A stretch of DNA of 60,679 nt, the filler included, from Candidatus Delongbacteria bacterium (lineage in GTDB: Bacteria; UBA4055), in assembly GCA_016937995.1 (NCBI GenBank). It is 4 parts of 4 records of this genome, joined end to end, with 100 filler letters (N's around TTAATTAATTAA, not from the genome) between each part and the next. Parts side by side here need not be neighbours in the genome. Positions count along the whole stretch, not along the records: positions 1 to 23,089 come from JAFGVM010000039.1; positions 23,190 to 33,362 come from JAFGVM010000041.1; 2 more parts are not named here. One strand, given 5' to 3'. Both the position numbers and the translations under genes were made by a program. The notes below the pieces were generated by a model. The model worked only from the letters and a program-made list of their open reading frames with translations. It made no database searches and had not been told where the DNA came from. Below, in pieces: positions 18,738 through 29,040 of this stretch (positions are counted from its first letter, which is position 1; each line of letters begins with the position of its first letter).

Positions 18738-19904
18738 ATGCTGAAAAGTAAAAACCTGAAAAATACAATTATAAATTTGTTATTGATGACGCTGCTACTT
18801 TGGATATTTTTGTTGAGTATAAAATTATTTGGTGATGTCTTCAAAGGTTATTTTAAATCCGATGCACAAAATTTGATAGAGAACGCAACAAATAACCCGA
18901 TAATTTCTTTGTTAATAGGTATTTTAGCTACAGCTATCATTCAAAGTTCGTCTTCTACAACCTCAATGATTATTACTTTTGTAGGATGTGGAACTTTATC
19001 GTTTAGTCATGCAATACCAATGATAATGGGTGCTAATATAGGCACATCTGTAACTAATACTATTGTATCCTTCGGTAGTATTAGAAATCCATTGGAATTC
19101 AGAAGATCTTTTGCTTCAGCAATTGTTCATGATATATTCAATATTCTCTCCGTTATTTTATTTCTTCCTTTAGAGTTGATGACAGGATTCATAAGTAAAT
19201 CCGCGACGACACTTACAGAATTTTTAGTTGGTTCAAAGGGTCTGAAATTTAATTCTCCACTAAATGAACTTGTAAAACCAGCTTCAACGAAGATTCAATT
19301 GTTCTTTGCTGAATTATTAAAAAATCCGATAGTTGAAAAAGTTGAGCATGCTAAAACTAAAATGAGTATTGAATATGATGGAATTCTCCTTTCGGTCTTA
19401 GTGCTGATAGCTCTGATCATGTTATTTATTTCATTAAAATATATGTCCAAGATAATGAAAGCAATCCTTATAGGTAGATTTGAGAGGATTCTTCACAAGT
19501 ATGTATTCAATAATATTCTTACATCATTTATTTTTGGAATACTGTTCACTGTATCAGTTCAATCCTCATCGATCACTACATCATTGATAGTTCCACTGGT
19601 CGGAGCAGGAATATTGAACATAAACCAGATATTCCCTTACACTGTTGGAGCGAACATTGGCACTACAATAACAGGTATTTTAGCTTCATTGGTGAGTGGT
19701 AATCCATTTGGAATTTCTATTGCGTTAGTACACACATTGTTCAATGTTTTCGGGGCTATCGTATTTATTCCTTTAAAATTCATTCCGATAAAACTAAGTG
19801 AATTATTGTCAGCAAAATCAGCTGAGAATAAGCTATGGGCAGCTTCTTATGTTGCTCTGGTATTCTTCATAATCCCTATCGTACTAATATTTATTTTTAA
19901 TTAA
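18738..19904 (+). CDS. nptA: Na+/phosphate cotransporter (NptA/SLC34 family)
   Basis: Two repeats of QSSS..T and GANIGT. Confidence 0.9.
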   Translation: MLKSKNLKNTIINLLLMTLLLWIFLLSIKLFGDVFKGYFKSDAQNLIENATNNPIISLLIGILATAIIQSSSSTTSMIITFVGCGTLSFSHAIPMIMGANIGTSVTNTIVSFGSIRNPLEFRRSFASAIVHDIFNILSVILFLPLELMTGFISKSATTLTEFLVGSKGLKFNSPLNELVKPASTKIQLFFAELLKNPIVEKVEHAKTKMSIEYDGILLSVLVLIALIMLFISLKYMSKIMKAILIGRFERILHKYVFNNILTSFIFGILFTVSVQSSSITTSLIVPLVGAGILNINQIFPYTVGANIGTTITGILASLVSGNPFGISIALVHTLFNVFGAIVFIPLKFIPIKLSELLSAKSAENKLWAASYVALVFFIIPIVLIFIFN

Positions 19905-19923
19905 AACAAGAAAGGAGAAAAAA

Positions 19924-20583
19924 ATGTTTAAAGAATTTTTCAAGAATTGGAATGCATCAAATTTATTGACTCAGTCGGTGAACGATTCTCATGAAATGTT
20001 TAAAATTGCTTTAAAAATGTACAAGATCACGATTGAAAGTATTGCAAAAAAGGACATTGATTATGAGGAACTTGGAGAAAATATCAAGAAAGATGATTAT
20101 CTGCTTAATCATTATGATAAATCTATAAGAAAAAAGATATTCGAGCATATTTCACTTAATGAGAAGGAGGATCAGGAATTGTATACTTCTATGATACTGT
20201 TTTCTCTGGTTGGGGACATTGAGAGAATAGGTGATTACATTAAAAATATTTATGAAATTATTTCGAAAGCAAAATTGCTGGATGATAATATGAATTCAGA
20301 AGTTCAACAAATGTTCAAAAATATTGATAATCTTTTTGAAAAAACAATTAAAGCTTATCAATCATCTGATCTGCAAACTGCAAAAGAAATAAATGATGAT
20401 TACTTTAAATACAAGAAAAAGATAGACACTCTGGTGGATATTCTGATAAATGATGAAAATATTACCGGTGCAGCAGGTTATGCATTATTGTTCAGATATT
20501 TAAAAAGAATAGGGGCACATCTTATGCATATATCTTCATCCATTTCAAATCCGATAGATAAGATAGGTTATTATATTGATTAG
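19924..20583 (+). CDS. phoU: PhoU domain protein
   Basis: DIERIGDYIKNI and RYLKRIGAHLMHI PhoU repeats; follows Na/Pi transporter. Confidence 0.8.
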   Translation: MFKEFFKNWNASNLLTQSVNDSHEMFKIALKMYKITIESIAKKDIDYEELGENIKKDDYLLNHYDKSIRKKIFEHISLNEKEDQELYTSMILFSLVGDIERIGDYIKNIYEIISKAKLLDDNMNSEVQQMFKNIDNLFEKTIKAYQSSDLQTAKEINDDYFKYKKKIDTLVDILINDENITGAAGYALLFRYLKRIGAHLMHISSSISNPIDKIGYYID

Positions 20584-20619
20584 AAAAAGACCCATAATAT
20601 TACTGAATGGAAGTATGAT

Positions 20620-20646
20620 GAGAGGCTATTTGCCTCTTATTTTTTT
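20620..20646 (+). terminator. Terminator after phoU
   Basis: GAGAGGC-tattt-GCCTCTT then T-rich run. Confidence 0.6.
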
Positions 20647-20647
20647 C

Positions 20648-20676
20648 TTGACACTTGAGCAGTTTCAAGCTATATT
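20648..20676 (+). promoter_or_regulatory. sigma70 promoter for the PPIase gene
   Basis: TTGACA-N17-TATATT. Confidence 0.7.
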
Positions 20677-20752
20677 CAGTCTTCTTATACAAGGGATCGA
20701 ATATAAGCTGTATTTAGGTTGAATTTATAAAAAAATTTGGAGATATTAAATC

Positions 20753-22582
20753 ATGATCAGGACCATTAGAGAAAAATTATCATTCGTAATGTGGATCGTT
20801 GTTGCTGCGTTTATTGTAACAATAATTTTTAGTTGGGGAATGGGAGGGATCAAAGTATCGGATCCTCGTCATACAGGTACTATCGCAAAAATTAACGGTG
20901 AAGATGTTAAATATGAGGAATTGAAAACCATAGAACAGGGTCTTTTGAAAAATGAGGAAAAAGAAGATCTTACCGGTGTAAAAGTAGCTGAAATAAAGCA
21001 AAAAGCATGGGATCAATTTGTTCAAATGGTTGCTTTAAGGCAGGAGATGGATAAAAACGAAATAACTGTTTCAAAAGAGCAGGTATACAATGAGATCAGA
21101 AATAATCCGCTTAATGAACTTAGATCAGATCCTCAATTTCAGACAAACGGTATGTTCGATATATCAAAGTGGCATGAGGTTATAGATAACCCAAGACCTG
21201 AATTAGAGCAATTTTACGGACAATTACAGAATGTGTATGCCAATAGAATTCCCGGAATGCTTTTAGAAAGTAGAGTCGCGAATGGCACTTATATATCTGA
21301 TTATGAATTAATTACAAAATTCAAGCAGGAAAAATTAACTGCTAAAGTAAAATTTTTAAAAGCGGACATCACAGATTTTATGCCTGCTGATTCGCTTATT
21401 TCAGATAAAGAAATAGAAGAATATTATAAGACAAAACCGGAAGAATTCCCTAATAAGAAAGAGCAAAGGGTTTTTGACTATGTGCTTTTCAGTACTGAGA
21501 TGACGAAAGCAGATTCAAATCAAACTCTTGAAGATATTAATTACGCTTTAAAACAAGTCAACTCTGGAATTGATTTTGCAACAGTAGCAAAAAACTATTC
21601 AGAAGATACCAGTGCAGAAAAAGGTGGAGATATTGGTTTCTTCGGTAAGGGTAAAATGGTTCCTGAATTTGAAGAAGCGGCTTTTAATGCTGAAGTTGGT
21701 GAAATAGTTGGACCTGTAAAGACGAAGTATGGTTATCATATCATCAGAGTTGTTGCAAAGAAAAGAGATAAAAAAGGTGAAATAATTGAAGTTCAGGCCA
21801 GCCACATACTATCTAAGTTTAAAGTACATCAGGAAACATTTGACAACGCAGCTGATGCAGCATTAAATTTTAAAGATACTTATACAAAAGCAGGAGCATC
21901 TCCGAATGCTTTTAAAGAAACTGCCAATAAACTCAATCTTAAAGTACTGGAATCACCTTTAACATATGAAACTGACCGAACAAATGAACTTGGAAAAATA
22001 CCGGGACTGAGCAAATTCTTATTCAAGAACGATATAGGCAAAGTAAGTAATTTACTGGTATGTGACAGAGGTTATGTTTATCTGCAAATAAAAGAAATAA
22101 AACCTGAAAGTAAAAAGACACTTGATGAGGTCAGAAAAAGTATAGTTTATAAGATCAAGAGAGAAATGGGATTAGAAGCTGCTTACAATTTCCTCAAGTC
22201 AAAATCTTCATCAGTAACGGATACTACAACTATGAATCAACTGGCAGCAGTTGAAGAGAATAAACTTGGAACAGGTACCACAAACAACTTTGCGATGAAT
22301 ACTTTTATTGACGCGATTGGAAGTACCGACAGAGTATTTTATGAAACATCAATGATGCTGGAACCTGGAAAGATCAGTGAACCTTTTAAAGGTGACAGAA
22401 GTGCATTCATTATTTACCTGATATCAAAAGACACGTTCGATAACGAAAAGTATCAGGAACAACTCGAAGAGTATAAGGAAAGAGAAACTACACTTCTACG
22501 TAGACAGATCATTACTGAATGGTTACAGGGAGTTGTTGATAAGGCTGAAGTAATTGATTACAGAGACCTTTATGGAAGATAA
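20753..22582 (+). CDS. ppiD: Membrane-anchored parvulin PPIase/chaperone, PpiD/SurA family
   Basis: N-terminal TM and SurA_N region; FATVAKNYSED..GGDIGFF..MVPEFEEAAF..GPVKTKYGYHII rotamase. Confidence 0.8.
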   Translation: MIRTIREKLSFVMWIVVAAFIVTIIFSWGMGGIKVSDPRHTGTIAKINGEDVKYEELKTIEQGLLKNEEKEDLTGVKVAEIKQKAWDQFVQMVALRQEMDKNEITVSKEQVYNEIRNNPLNELRSDPQFQTNGMFDISKWHEVIDNPRPELEQFYGQLQNVYANRIPGMLLESRVANGTYISDYELITKFKQEKLTAKVKFLKADITDFMPADSLISDKEIEEYYKTKPEEFPNKKEQRVFDYVLFSTEMTKADSNQTLEDINYALKQVNSGIDFATVAKNYSEDTSAEKGGDIGFFGKGKMVPEFEEAAFNAEVGEIVGPVKTKYGYHIIRVVAKKRDKKGEIIEVQASHILSKFKVHQETFDNAADAALNFKDTYTKAGASPNAFKETANKLNLKVLESPLTYETDRTNELGKIPGLSKFLFKNDIGKVSNLLVCDRGYVYLQIKEIKPESKKTLDEVRKSIVYKIKREMGLEAAYNFLKSKSSSVTDTTTMNQLAAVEENKLGTGTTNNFAMNTFIDAIGSTDRVFYETSMMLEPGKISEPFKGDRSAFIIYLISKDTFDNEKYQEQLEEYKERETTLLRRQIITEWLQGVVDKAEVIDYRDLYGR

Positions 22583-22599
22583 ATAAGAGACCTGACATT

Positions 22600-22830
22600 A
22601 TGAAAAAAAAGTTATATTTTACAAAAAAGAATTATTTCATATTTATTGCGGCTGCTTTGAGTTTGGTTTTAGGATATTTTCTCATGTCAGTAGGACCACA
22701 TGATTCTTTCTGGTCACTAACTTTATCTCCGATCATAGTTATGTTTGGATTAATTGTATTATTTCCGGCAGGGATAATGCTTAACTTCAGAAAAAAGTCT
22801 GAGGTTGGTAAAAAAGACTTGACAAGGTAA
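22600..22830 (+). CDS. Small membrane protein, DUF3098-like
   Basis: FTKKNY..LGYFLMS.G..SLTLSPII pattern, two TMs. Confidence 0.7.
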   Translation: MKKKLYFTKKNYFIFIAAALSLVLGYFLMSVGPHDSFWSLTLSPIIVMFGLIVLFPAGIMLNFRKKSEVGKKDLTR

Positions 22831-22847
22831 AATTTATAAGGTATATT
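22819..22847 (+). promoter_or_regulatory. sigma70 promoter of the tRNA pair
   Basis: TTGACA-N17-TATATT just upstream of tRNA-Val. Confidence 0.75.
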
Positions 22848-22860
22848 TGCGCAGTAATTT

Positions 22861-22938
22861 GGGAGCTTAGCTCAGTTGGTTTAGAGCACCTGCCTTACAA
22901 GCAGGGGGTCACTAGTTCGAGCCTAGTAGTTCCCACCA
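22861..22938 (+). tRNA. tRNA-Val(TAC)
   Basis: GGGAGCT acceptor; anticodon arm CCTGC-CT-TAC-AA-GCAGG; TTCGA T-loop; encoded CCA. Confidence 0.97.
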
Positions 22939-22944
22939 TATTAC

Positions 22945-23018
22945 GGTCCGGTAGTTCAACTGGTTAGAGCACCTGCCTGTCACGCAGGAAGTTGCGAGTT
23001 CGAGTCTCGTCCGGACCG
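22945..23018 (+). tRNA. tRNA-Asp(GTC)
   Basis: GGTCCGG/CCGGACC acceptor; CCTGC-CT-GTC-AC-GCAGG; TTCGA T-loop; CCA not encoded. Confidence 0.97.
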
Positions 23019-23021
23019 CTA

Positions 23022-23047
23022 AGAAGACACCAAAAGGTGTCTTTTTT
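23022..23047 (+). terminator. tRNA operon terminator
   Basis: AAGACACC-aaaa-GGTGTCTT plus T-run. Confidence 0.85.
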
Positions 23048-23089
23048 AGTTTAAGGAAATTCTATGTTTTACGTTTATATCATATACTC

Positions 23090-23189
23090 NNNNNNNNNNN
23101 NNNNNNNNNNNNNNNNNNNNNNNNNNNNNNNNNTTAATTAATTAANNNNNNNNNNNNNNNNNNNNNNNNNNNNNNNNNNNNNNNNNNNN
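23090..23189. other. Artificial contig-join spacer
   Basis: 100 nt of N with central TTAATTAATTAA (stops in all six frames). Confidence 0.97.
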
Positions 23190-24307
23190 ATGAGATGTTT
23201 TCTGATGACTCCTTCGGCTGCTCCTCTGAACAGTACGCCGTGAGGGAGTACGACTGCCATTGTTCCGTTGTCCGCGAGCTGATAGATCATGTGTTGTACG
23301 AATGCGAAATCGGCTTTGGTCCTGGGTGCGAGTTTGCCGTAGGGTGAAAATCTGTCGTCTGACATGAATAACGGACTTGCAGACCAGTGCGCAGAAAAAG
23401 GCGGATTGGCTACAACAGCTTCGAACCTGTTATCTACATGCTGAGGTTTTTCAAGAGTATCTTCATTCTTAATATCGAACTTTCTATAATGAATATCGTG
23501 CATGATCATATTCATACGGCAGAGGTTGTATGTAGTAGGATTTTTCTCCTGACCGTAGAAAGCTCCGACTTCCTTTACTTCCTTTGAAACCCGCAATAGA
23601 AGTGAACCTGAACCACAAGTAGGATCATAAACACTTTTAAGTCTGTCCTTGCCTGTAGAAACGACCTTTGCAAGAATCTTAGAAACCTGCTGAGGTGTAT
23701 AGAACTCACCTGCTTTCTTACCTGCACCACTGGCAAACTGAGAAATAAGATACTCATACGCATCTCCAAGTATATCACTCTCTGCATTCTCCATTTCAAA
23801 ATCAATCTCATCAAGATGTGAAAGCACCTTAGTAATAAGCTCATTTCTCTGATTAACGGTCTGACCAAGTTTAGAATCACCCAGTCTTATCTGCTCGAAC
23901 AGATGATCAAAATCCTCTTCACTGGCTGTACCCATAGTACTATTTTGGATATTATTAAAAACCTTTTCAAGATCATCTAAAATAAACTTACTTGTACCGT
24001 CAGAATTACCTCTTTTGGACATGACCGAAAAAAGCTCCGAAGGTTTTAAAAAATAACCAAGTTTATCCAGTGTTTCATGCTTAATAGCTTCAAGATACTG
24101 CTTACCCGATTCAGAGTCTTCATCAATATCTTTATATAGAATACCATCAGAACTCAAAATCACATCTGCGTAAGTATGCACTTTTTCACTAAGATATTTA
24201 TAAAAAATAAAACCGAGAATATAATCCTTAAAATCGTTAGCATCCATACTCCCTCTAAGAGTATTAGCTATTTTCCAAAGTTGCTGCTCAAGTTGCTGTT
24301 GTGCCAT
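23190..24307 (-). CDS. hsdM: Type I restriction-modification methyltransferase subunit M (3' truncated by contig end)
   Basis: LWKIANTLRG, GDAYEYLI..FASGAGKKAGEFYTP, DPTCGSGS, NPPF; AAGGA SD before ATG 24307. Confidence 0.93.
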
Positions 24308-24322
24308 TGTGTTCCTTTTGTT

Positions 24323-24679
24323 TGTCATCCTTCCCGATAAATCGGGAGGGATCCATTGTTTTGTGTCGGGCGTAATAAATTACGCCCCTACCATCCGACC
24401 TAAGAAGTTGCAAGCAACTTCGCATCATCACATTAATACTTTTTACTAATTTAAAGAATATATCTTTGATATAAGATTTTGGCAAGAAGTAAAATTAGAA
24501 AATGGTTGTGGGATCTTGCGTATGACGAAGGGAACGCAGTTCAGATCTACGTTCCCTACGAAAACATACCGGGCATATATCAATAAGCACCGATATTGAA
24601 CACTCCTGGATTCCCGGATCAAGTCTGAATATGATAGGCTTTAGATTGCCGCGCATCCCGATTTATCGGGACAATGACA
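24323..24679. repeat. Intergenic mosaic of REP-like palindromes
   Basis: TGTCAT..CCCGATAAATCGGGA (24323) and an inverted copy ending 24679; GGGCGTAAT..ATTACGCCCCTAC (24368-24391); AGGGAACG..CGTTCCCTAC (24529-24559); CCTGGATTCCCGGATCAAGTC (24605). Confidence 0.7.
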
Positions 24680-24698
24680 ACAGCAAACTTACCACTTA

Positions 24699-25835
24699 TC
24701 ACTTAACCGTAAGGTTATATATAACATTCCTCTCCTTTAAATACTCCAGCAATCCTCTAAAACAAGCTTCATCCTTACCAAGATACTCAGCAGGGCTCAA
24801 CCCAACTTCTTTATAGATCCCTTTAGCTACTAAATTAACAGCTGCGGTACATGAATAACCTGTCGTTCTTGCCATAGAGGAAGTTCTGGTATCAGCATTA
24901 TATTCATCATAAAGATCGTAAGTATATTCTTTCTTCACACCATTCTCTTCACCGGAAACAATTACTCTCATAACTGTGAATTCCTCTTCAAATCTACCAA
25001 GTTTCCAGTTTTTGTCTGAAAAAAGAAGCTTTTCTGTCATCTGCAAAGGAGTGATCTTTGTTCCATTGAAGTCTATCGGTTCCTGACTGAAGAATCCTGA
25101 CTCTCTGAGTATTCTTGCTTTCTCAATATGACCGGGATATCTCATTGTCTTTTCTTTCATATTAGGAACATCCGGTATAGTTCTAATTAAAGATCTTAGG
25201 CCATCACTGTTCCAGGCCTCCAGAGTACCACACTGCTCAAATTCAATAAGCTCAGGGTCAGACAAAGCCGGTTTAGTTACCTCCACCCCACTTTCTTTAT
25301 ATCTGGCAGGTCTCACATACTCTTCAATAACATCACAAGGTGAGAACGGTGCTTTATATTCCCAAGGCCATGTTCTTTTCTTAGGCAGACCTCCTACTAG
25401 ACAAAGATAAGAATTGACTTTCATTCTTGCTGCATGATAACCAAGGATCACGTTACACATGCCGGGTGCTACACCAATATCAGTTATACAAATAACGCCT
25501 TTCTCTTTTGCAAGCTTGTCTAAAGGCTCAGAATCCTCCGGAAAGAAAGCAATGTCAACTACATTTTTTCCACATTCTATGATCGTTTTCACAGTTTCAT
25601 AACCCATGAATCCCGGAACAGCATCAACTACCAGGTCAGCATCTGCAATAATATCTTTAACAGTCTGCTTATCTTTAAGATCGGCCTTAATAGTATTCAT
25701 TCCGTATTCATTTTTTAAAATGTTCAAAGCTTCTTCATTAATATCTGCTACTACAACATTATACTGATTTTTAATATCAATTGCCATTGCACTACCGACC
25801 ATACCTGCACCTAAGACTACAACTTTCATGTTCAC
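24699..25835 (-). CDS. Saccharopine dehydrogenase / lysine 6-dehydrogenase family protein
   Basis: VLGAGMVG Rossmann; AVPGFMG, GVAPG, VGGLP, DGLRSL, EKTMRYPGH, SSMARTTGY. Confidence 0.88.
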   Translation of the reverse strand: MNMKVVVLGAGMVGSAMAIDIKNQYNVVVADINEEALNILKNEYGMNTIKADLKDKQTVKDIIADADLVVDAVPGFMGYETVKTIIECGKNVVDIAFFPEDSEPLDKLAKEKGVICITDIGVAPGMCNVILGYHAARMKVNSYLCLVGGLPKKRTWPWEYKAPFSPCDVIEEYVRPARYKESGVEVTKPALSDPELIEFEQCGTLEAWNSDGLRSLIRTIPDVPNMKEKTMRYPGHIEKARILRESGFFSQEPIDFNGTKITPLQMTEKLLFSDKNWKLGRFEEEFTVMRVIVSGEENGVKKEYTYDLYDEYNADTRTSSMARTTGYSCTAAVNLVAKGIYKEVGLSPAEYLGKDEACFRGLLEYLKERNVIYNLTVK

Positions 25836-26020
25836 TCCTGATTTTATATTTTATTATTTTTTTAATTTTTAATGTAAGAACTTATCATCCTCGTGTAAGA
25901 GAACGATAAAAAGGTTATAGACCTGAAAATCGGTTTAGAAAAGTAACTGTATTACAATTGAAATTATCCATGGGATAAAAAGTAAGTAATTAATGGGAAA
26001 TAATCAAAAGAAAAAGAATC

Positions 26021-26062
26021 TTGATTCTTCTCATTTTATTCATTATATTGCAAATGATTTGC
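26021..26062 (+). promoter_or_regulatory. sigma70 promoter with adjacent palindromic operator (putative Zur box)
   Basis: TTGATT-N17-TATATT (26021-26049) immediately followed by GCAAAT-G-ATTTGC (26050-26062). Confidence 0.6.
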
Positions 26063-26084
26063 GCAAAACAATTCAGGAACAGTT

Positions 26085-26486
26085 ATGAAGCTTACAAAAT
26101 TAAGACAGAAAATACTGGACGTTATTGACAACTCTGAAAAGATCATTAACATTAAAAATATTTGGGGATCGCTTGATCCTCAGCCCAATATTACCAGCGT
26201 TTACAGGTCTATTGACCACTTAGAAAATAAAGACTTGATAAATTCTATCTCAATATCCGGAGTCAAGTACCTTATATCAAAGAACATTAAAGGGCATGGA
26301 CATTTTGTGATCTGCAGAGAATGTAAAGAAGTCACGAATTTTGAAGACTGTGTTATTTCAGCATTACAGGAAAAACTTCAAAAAGATCTCGATTACAACA
26401 TCACTTCTCATGTTCTATATTTTGAAGGATACTGCAAAGATTGTGAGATAGCTTTAAGAAAAAAAGAAAATAATACAAGGAGTTAA
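26085..26486 (+). CDS. zur: Fur-family regulator, probably Zur
   Basis: TSVYRSI, HGHFVICREC, GYCKDC; heads a Zn ABC operon. Confidence 0.8.
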   Translation: MKLTKLRQKILDVIDNSEKIINIKNIWGSLDPQPNITSVYRSIDHLENKDLINSISISGVKYLISKNIKGHGHFVICRECKEVTNFEDCVISALQEKLQKDLDYNITSHVLYFEGYCKDCEIALRKKENNTRS

Positions 26487-26487
26487 T

Positions 26488-27363
26488 ATGTTTTATCAAA
26501 AAGCAATAATTTTAATTATATCTTTCATTATTTTAGTAAGTTGCACGACAGAATTAAAGCAAAGTAATATTATTACTGTAAGTATTCTACCTCAGAAGTT
26601 TTTCGTTGAAAAGATAGTGGGTGACAAATTTGAAGTCAAAGTAATGGTGCCACCGGGAGCAAGTCCTGCAACATATGAACCAAATCCTTCAGACCTGATA
26701 TCTTTATCTCATTCACCTTTATATTTCAGGATAGGACACATTGGATTTGAAAAAGCATGGATGGCTAAGATCGTAAATGTAAATCCTAAGATCAGGATCG
26801 TTGATACTTCTAAAGGTGTTGAACTTATAAAGTCAGATCATCATCACGAAGGTGAGCACATCGATGAAGATGCAGAAGGAATAAATCCGCATATCTGGCT
26901 CTCCCCTTCCGCTGTAAAGGTACAGGCTGAGATCATATATAATACAATGATAGATCTTGATAAAGATAATTCAGAATTTTACAAAGCAAATTACAATGGA
27001 TTTCTGAAGGATATTGACAAACTTGATATGCAGATCAGGATGATACTAAAGGATATTAGCAATAACAAGTTCATCGTATATCACCCTTCATGGTCTTATT
27101 TTGCAGAAGAATACGGACTGATCCAGATACCTATAGAGTTTGAAGGTAAAAGCCCTACTCCTTCAGTATTGAAGAAAATTATTGATATCGCACAAAAAGA
27201 AAATGTAAAGATCATTATAGTTCAAAAGCAATTTGACACTAAGCAAGCTGAAGCTATTGCCGAAAGTATTGACGGAAAAGTGATACAGCTCGATCCTCTT
27301 GCAGAGAACTGGTTCGTCAATATGATACAGATCGCAAGAACATTCCAATTTGAATTGAAGTAA
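26488..27363 (+). CDS. znuA: Zn ABC transporter substrate-binding lipoprotein
   Basis: Lipobox LVSC; VPPGASPATYEP; His-rich loop DHHHEGEH; NPHIWLSP; HPSWSYF. Confidence 0.9.
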   Translation: MFYQKAIILIISFIILVSCTTELKQSNIITVSILPQKFFVEKIVGDKFEVKVMVPPGASPATYEPNPSDLISLSHSPLYFRIGHIGFEKAWMAKIVNVNPKIRIVDTSKGVELIKSDHHHEGEHIDEDAEGINPHIWLSPSAVKVQAEIIYNTMIDLDKDNSEFYKANYNGFLKDIDKLDMQIRMILKDISNNKFIVYHPSWSYFAEEYGLIQIPIEFEGKSPTPSVLKKIIDIAQKENVKIIIVQKQFDTKQAEAIAESIDGKVIQLDPLAENWFVNMIQIARTFQFELK

Positions 27364-27402
27364 GGGTTCAACATCTTGAACCCGTAACACAAAGAGGGAA
27401 AA

Positions 27403-28152
27403 ATGGAAAAGATACTTGAAATAAGGAACATTACGGCAGGATATGATAAAGAGGTCATTATTAAGGATATAAACCTTGATATATATGAGAATGACTTTCT
27501 TGCTATCATAGGTCCTAACGGTGGTGGAAAATCTACTTTATTAAAGGTGATCCTGGGATTATTAAAACCTTACTCCGGTGAGATAATTTTTAAAAAGAAG
27601 ATAAATATTGGATATCTGCCTCAGCTTCATTCCAACGACAGACAATTTCCTATCTCTGTCAAAGAGACGATACTTTCCGGACTTATGTCGAGAAGAAAAG
27701 TTTTGAAAAAATTTTCAAGGGAAGATCATGATGCTGCAGACGAACTTATCCATAAATTTCACCTTGAAAATTATACAGACCTGCCGGTAGGAGATCTGTC
27801 CGGTGGCCAGGTTCAGAGAGTTTTTCTTTGCAGAGCCATGATATCCAGGCCTGAATTACTAATACTTGATGAACCGAACTCATTTGTAGACCAAGGTTTC
27901 TCAGTAGACCTTTATAAAATTCTTCTGGAAATGAACAAGGATATTACTATCATAATGGTCTCACACGATACCGGTGTGATCACATCCTACATCAAGAATA
28001 TAGCGTGTATTAACAGAACTTTACACTATCATTCCGGAAGTGAAATTTCAGAAGATCTTCTCGATCAATACCAGTGCCCTGTAGAACTGATAACTCACGG
28101 CAAACTACCTCACAGAGTTCTAAAAGATCACATTCACAATGGAGATAAATAA
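27403..28152 (+). CDS. znuC: Zn ABC transporter ATP-binding protein
   Basis: GPNGGGKST, LSGGQ, LILDEP, VSHD. Confidence 0.9.
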   Translation: MEKILEIRNITAGYDKEVIIKDINLDIYENDFLAIIGPNGGGKSTLLKVILGLLKPYSGEIIFKKKINIGYLPQLHSNDRQFPISVKETILSGLMSRRKVLKKFSREDHDAADELIHKFHLENYTDLPVGDLSGGQVQRVFLCRAMISRPELLILDEPNSFVDQGFSVDLYKILLEMNKDITIIMVSHDTGVITSYIKNIACINRTLHYHSGSEISEDLLDQYQCPVELITHGKLPHRVLKDHIHNGDK

Positions 28153-28961
28153 TGCTTGAAATATTTACTTACCCTTTCTTTGTAAATGCTATGATCACAG
28201 CTTTACTGGCCAGTATTACCTGCGGGATAGTCGGTACCTATATCGTTACAAAAAGAATTGTTTTTATCAGTGGCGGAATCACTCATGCCTCTTTTGGAGG
28301 AATTGGACTCGGATATTTCCTTGGTATAAATCCAATAATCACTGCATCGATCTTTGGTGTTCTATCTGCTGTAGGAATAAAAACAGTTGCTCTGAAAACC
28401 GAAGTAAGAGAAGATTCAACTATAGGTATTTTCTGGGCATTCGGTATGGCACTTGGAATAATCTTTATTTACCTGACACCGGGATATGCACCTGACCTTA
28501 TGACTTATCTATTTGGTAATATACTGACCGTTTCTCGAGCTGATATGATCTATCTTGCTATATTGACATTAATTGTCATTATATTCTTCATTATGATGTT
28601 TAAGGAGATCCTTTTTATTGCATTTGATGAAAATTTTGCCCGTACCCAGAATGTTAAGGTTGACCTTATAAATTATTTTCTTATCTCAATAGTTGCTTTA
28701 TCAATAGTGGTCAATATCAGAATAGTAGGTATAATCCTTGTAATTTCAATGTTAACTATTCCACAGGCTACTGCAGGATTATTAACGAACAATTTCAAAA
28801 AAATGATATATTTATCAATAGTGATCGGGTTCATTTCATCTATTTGCGGTCTATTGATCTCGTATGATCTGAATATTCCGTCAGGTGCCTCGATAATTTT
28901 CTCATCAGTGATAATATTCCTGATAGTCAAGCTGTATAAATACTTTGAACCTCGAAATTAA
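28152..28961 (+). CDS. znuB: Zn ABC transporter permease
   Basis: GITHASFGG, YLFGNIL, VGIILV, PSGA; ABC-3 family. Confidence 0.9.
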   Translation: MLEIFTYPFFVNAMITALLASITCGIVGTYIVTKRIVFISGGITHASFGGIGLGYFLGINPIITASIFGVLSAVGIKTVALKTEVREDSTIGIFWAFGMALGIIFIYLTPGYAPDLMTYLFGNILTVSRADMIYLAILTLIVIIFFIMMFKEILFIAFDENFARTQNVKVDLINYFLISIVALSIVVNIRIVGIILVISMLTIPQATAGLLTNNFKKMIYLSIVIGFISSICGLLISYDLNIPSGASIIFSSVIIFLIVKLYKYFEPRN

Positions 28962-29040
28962 TTCTTGTGTTTAAGTCAATTTATGCATATAATTATGTTT
29001 TCCTAAGATTAACGTTCAAGTAATACAATATAGGGTAAGT

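Noticed and set aside
23134-23145. Recurrent TTAATTAATTAA motif
   Set aside because: Synthetic six-frame stop linker inside N-gaps; ORF ends or starts there are artefacts
22861-24307. Defence island integrated at tRNA-Asp (hsdM next to tRNAs)
   Set aside because: An artificial contig spacer separates them; no integrase or att duplication is visible
25836-26020. Lysine riboswitch upstream of the saccharopine dehydrogenase gene
   Set aside because: No recognisable conserved core or stems
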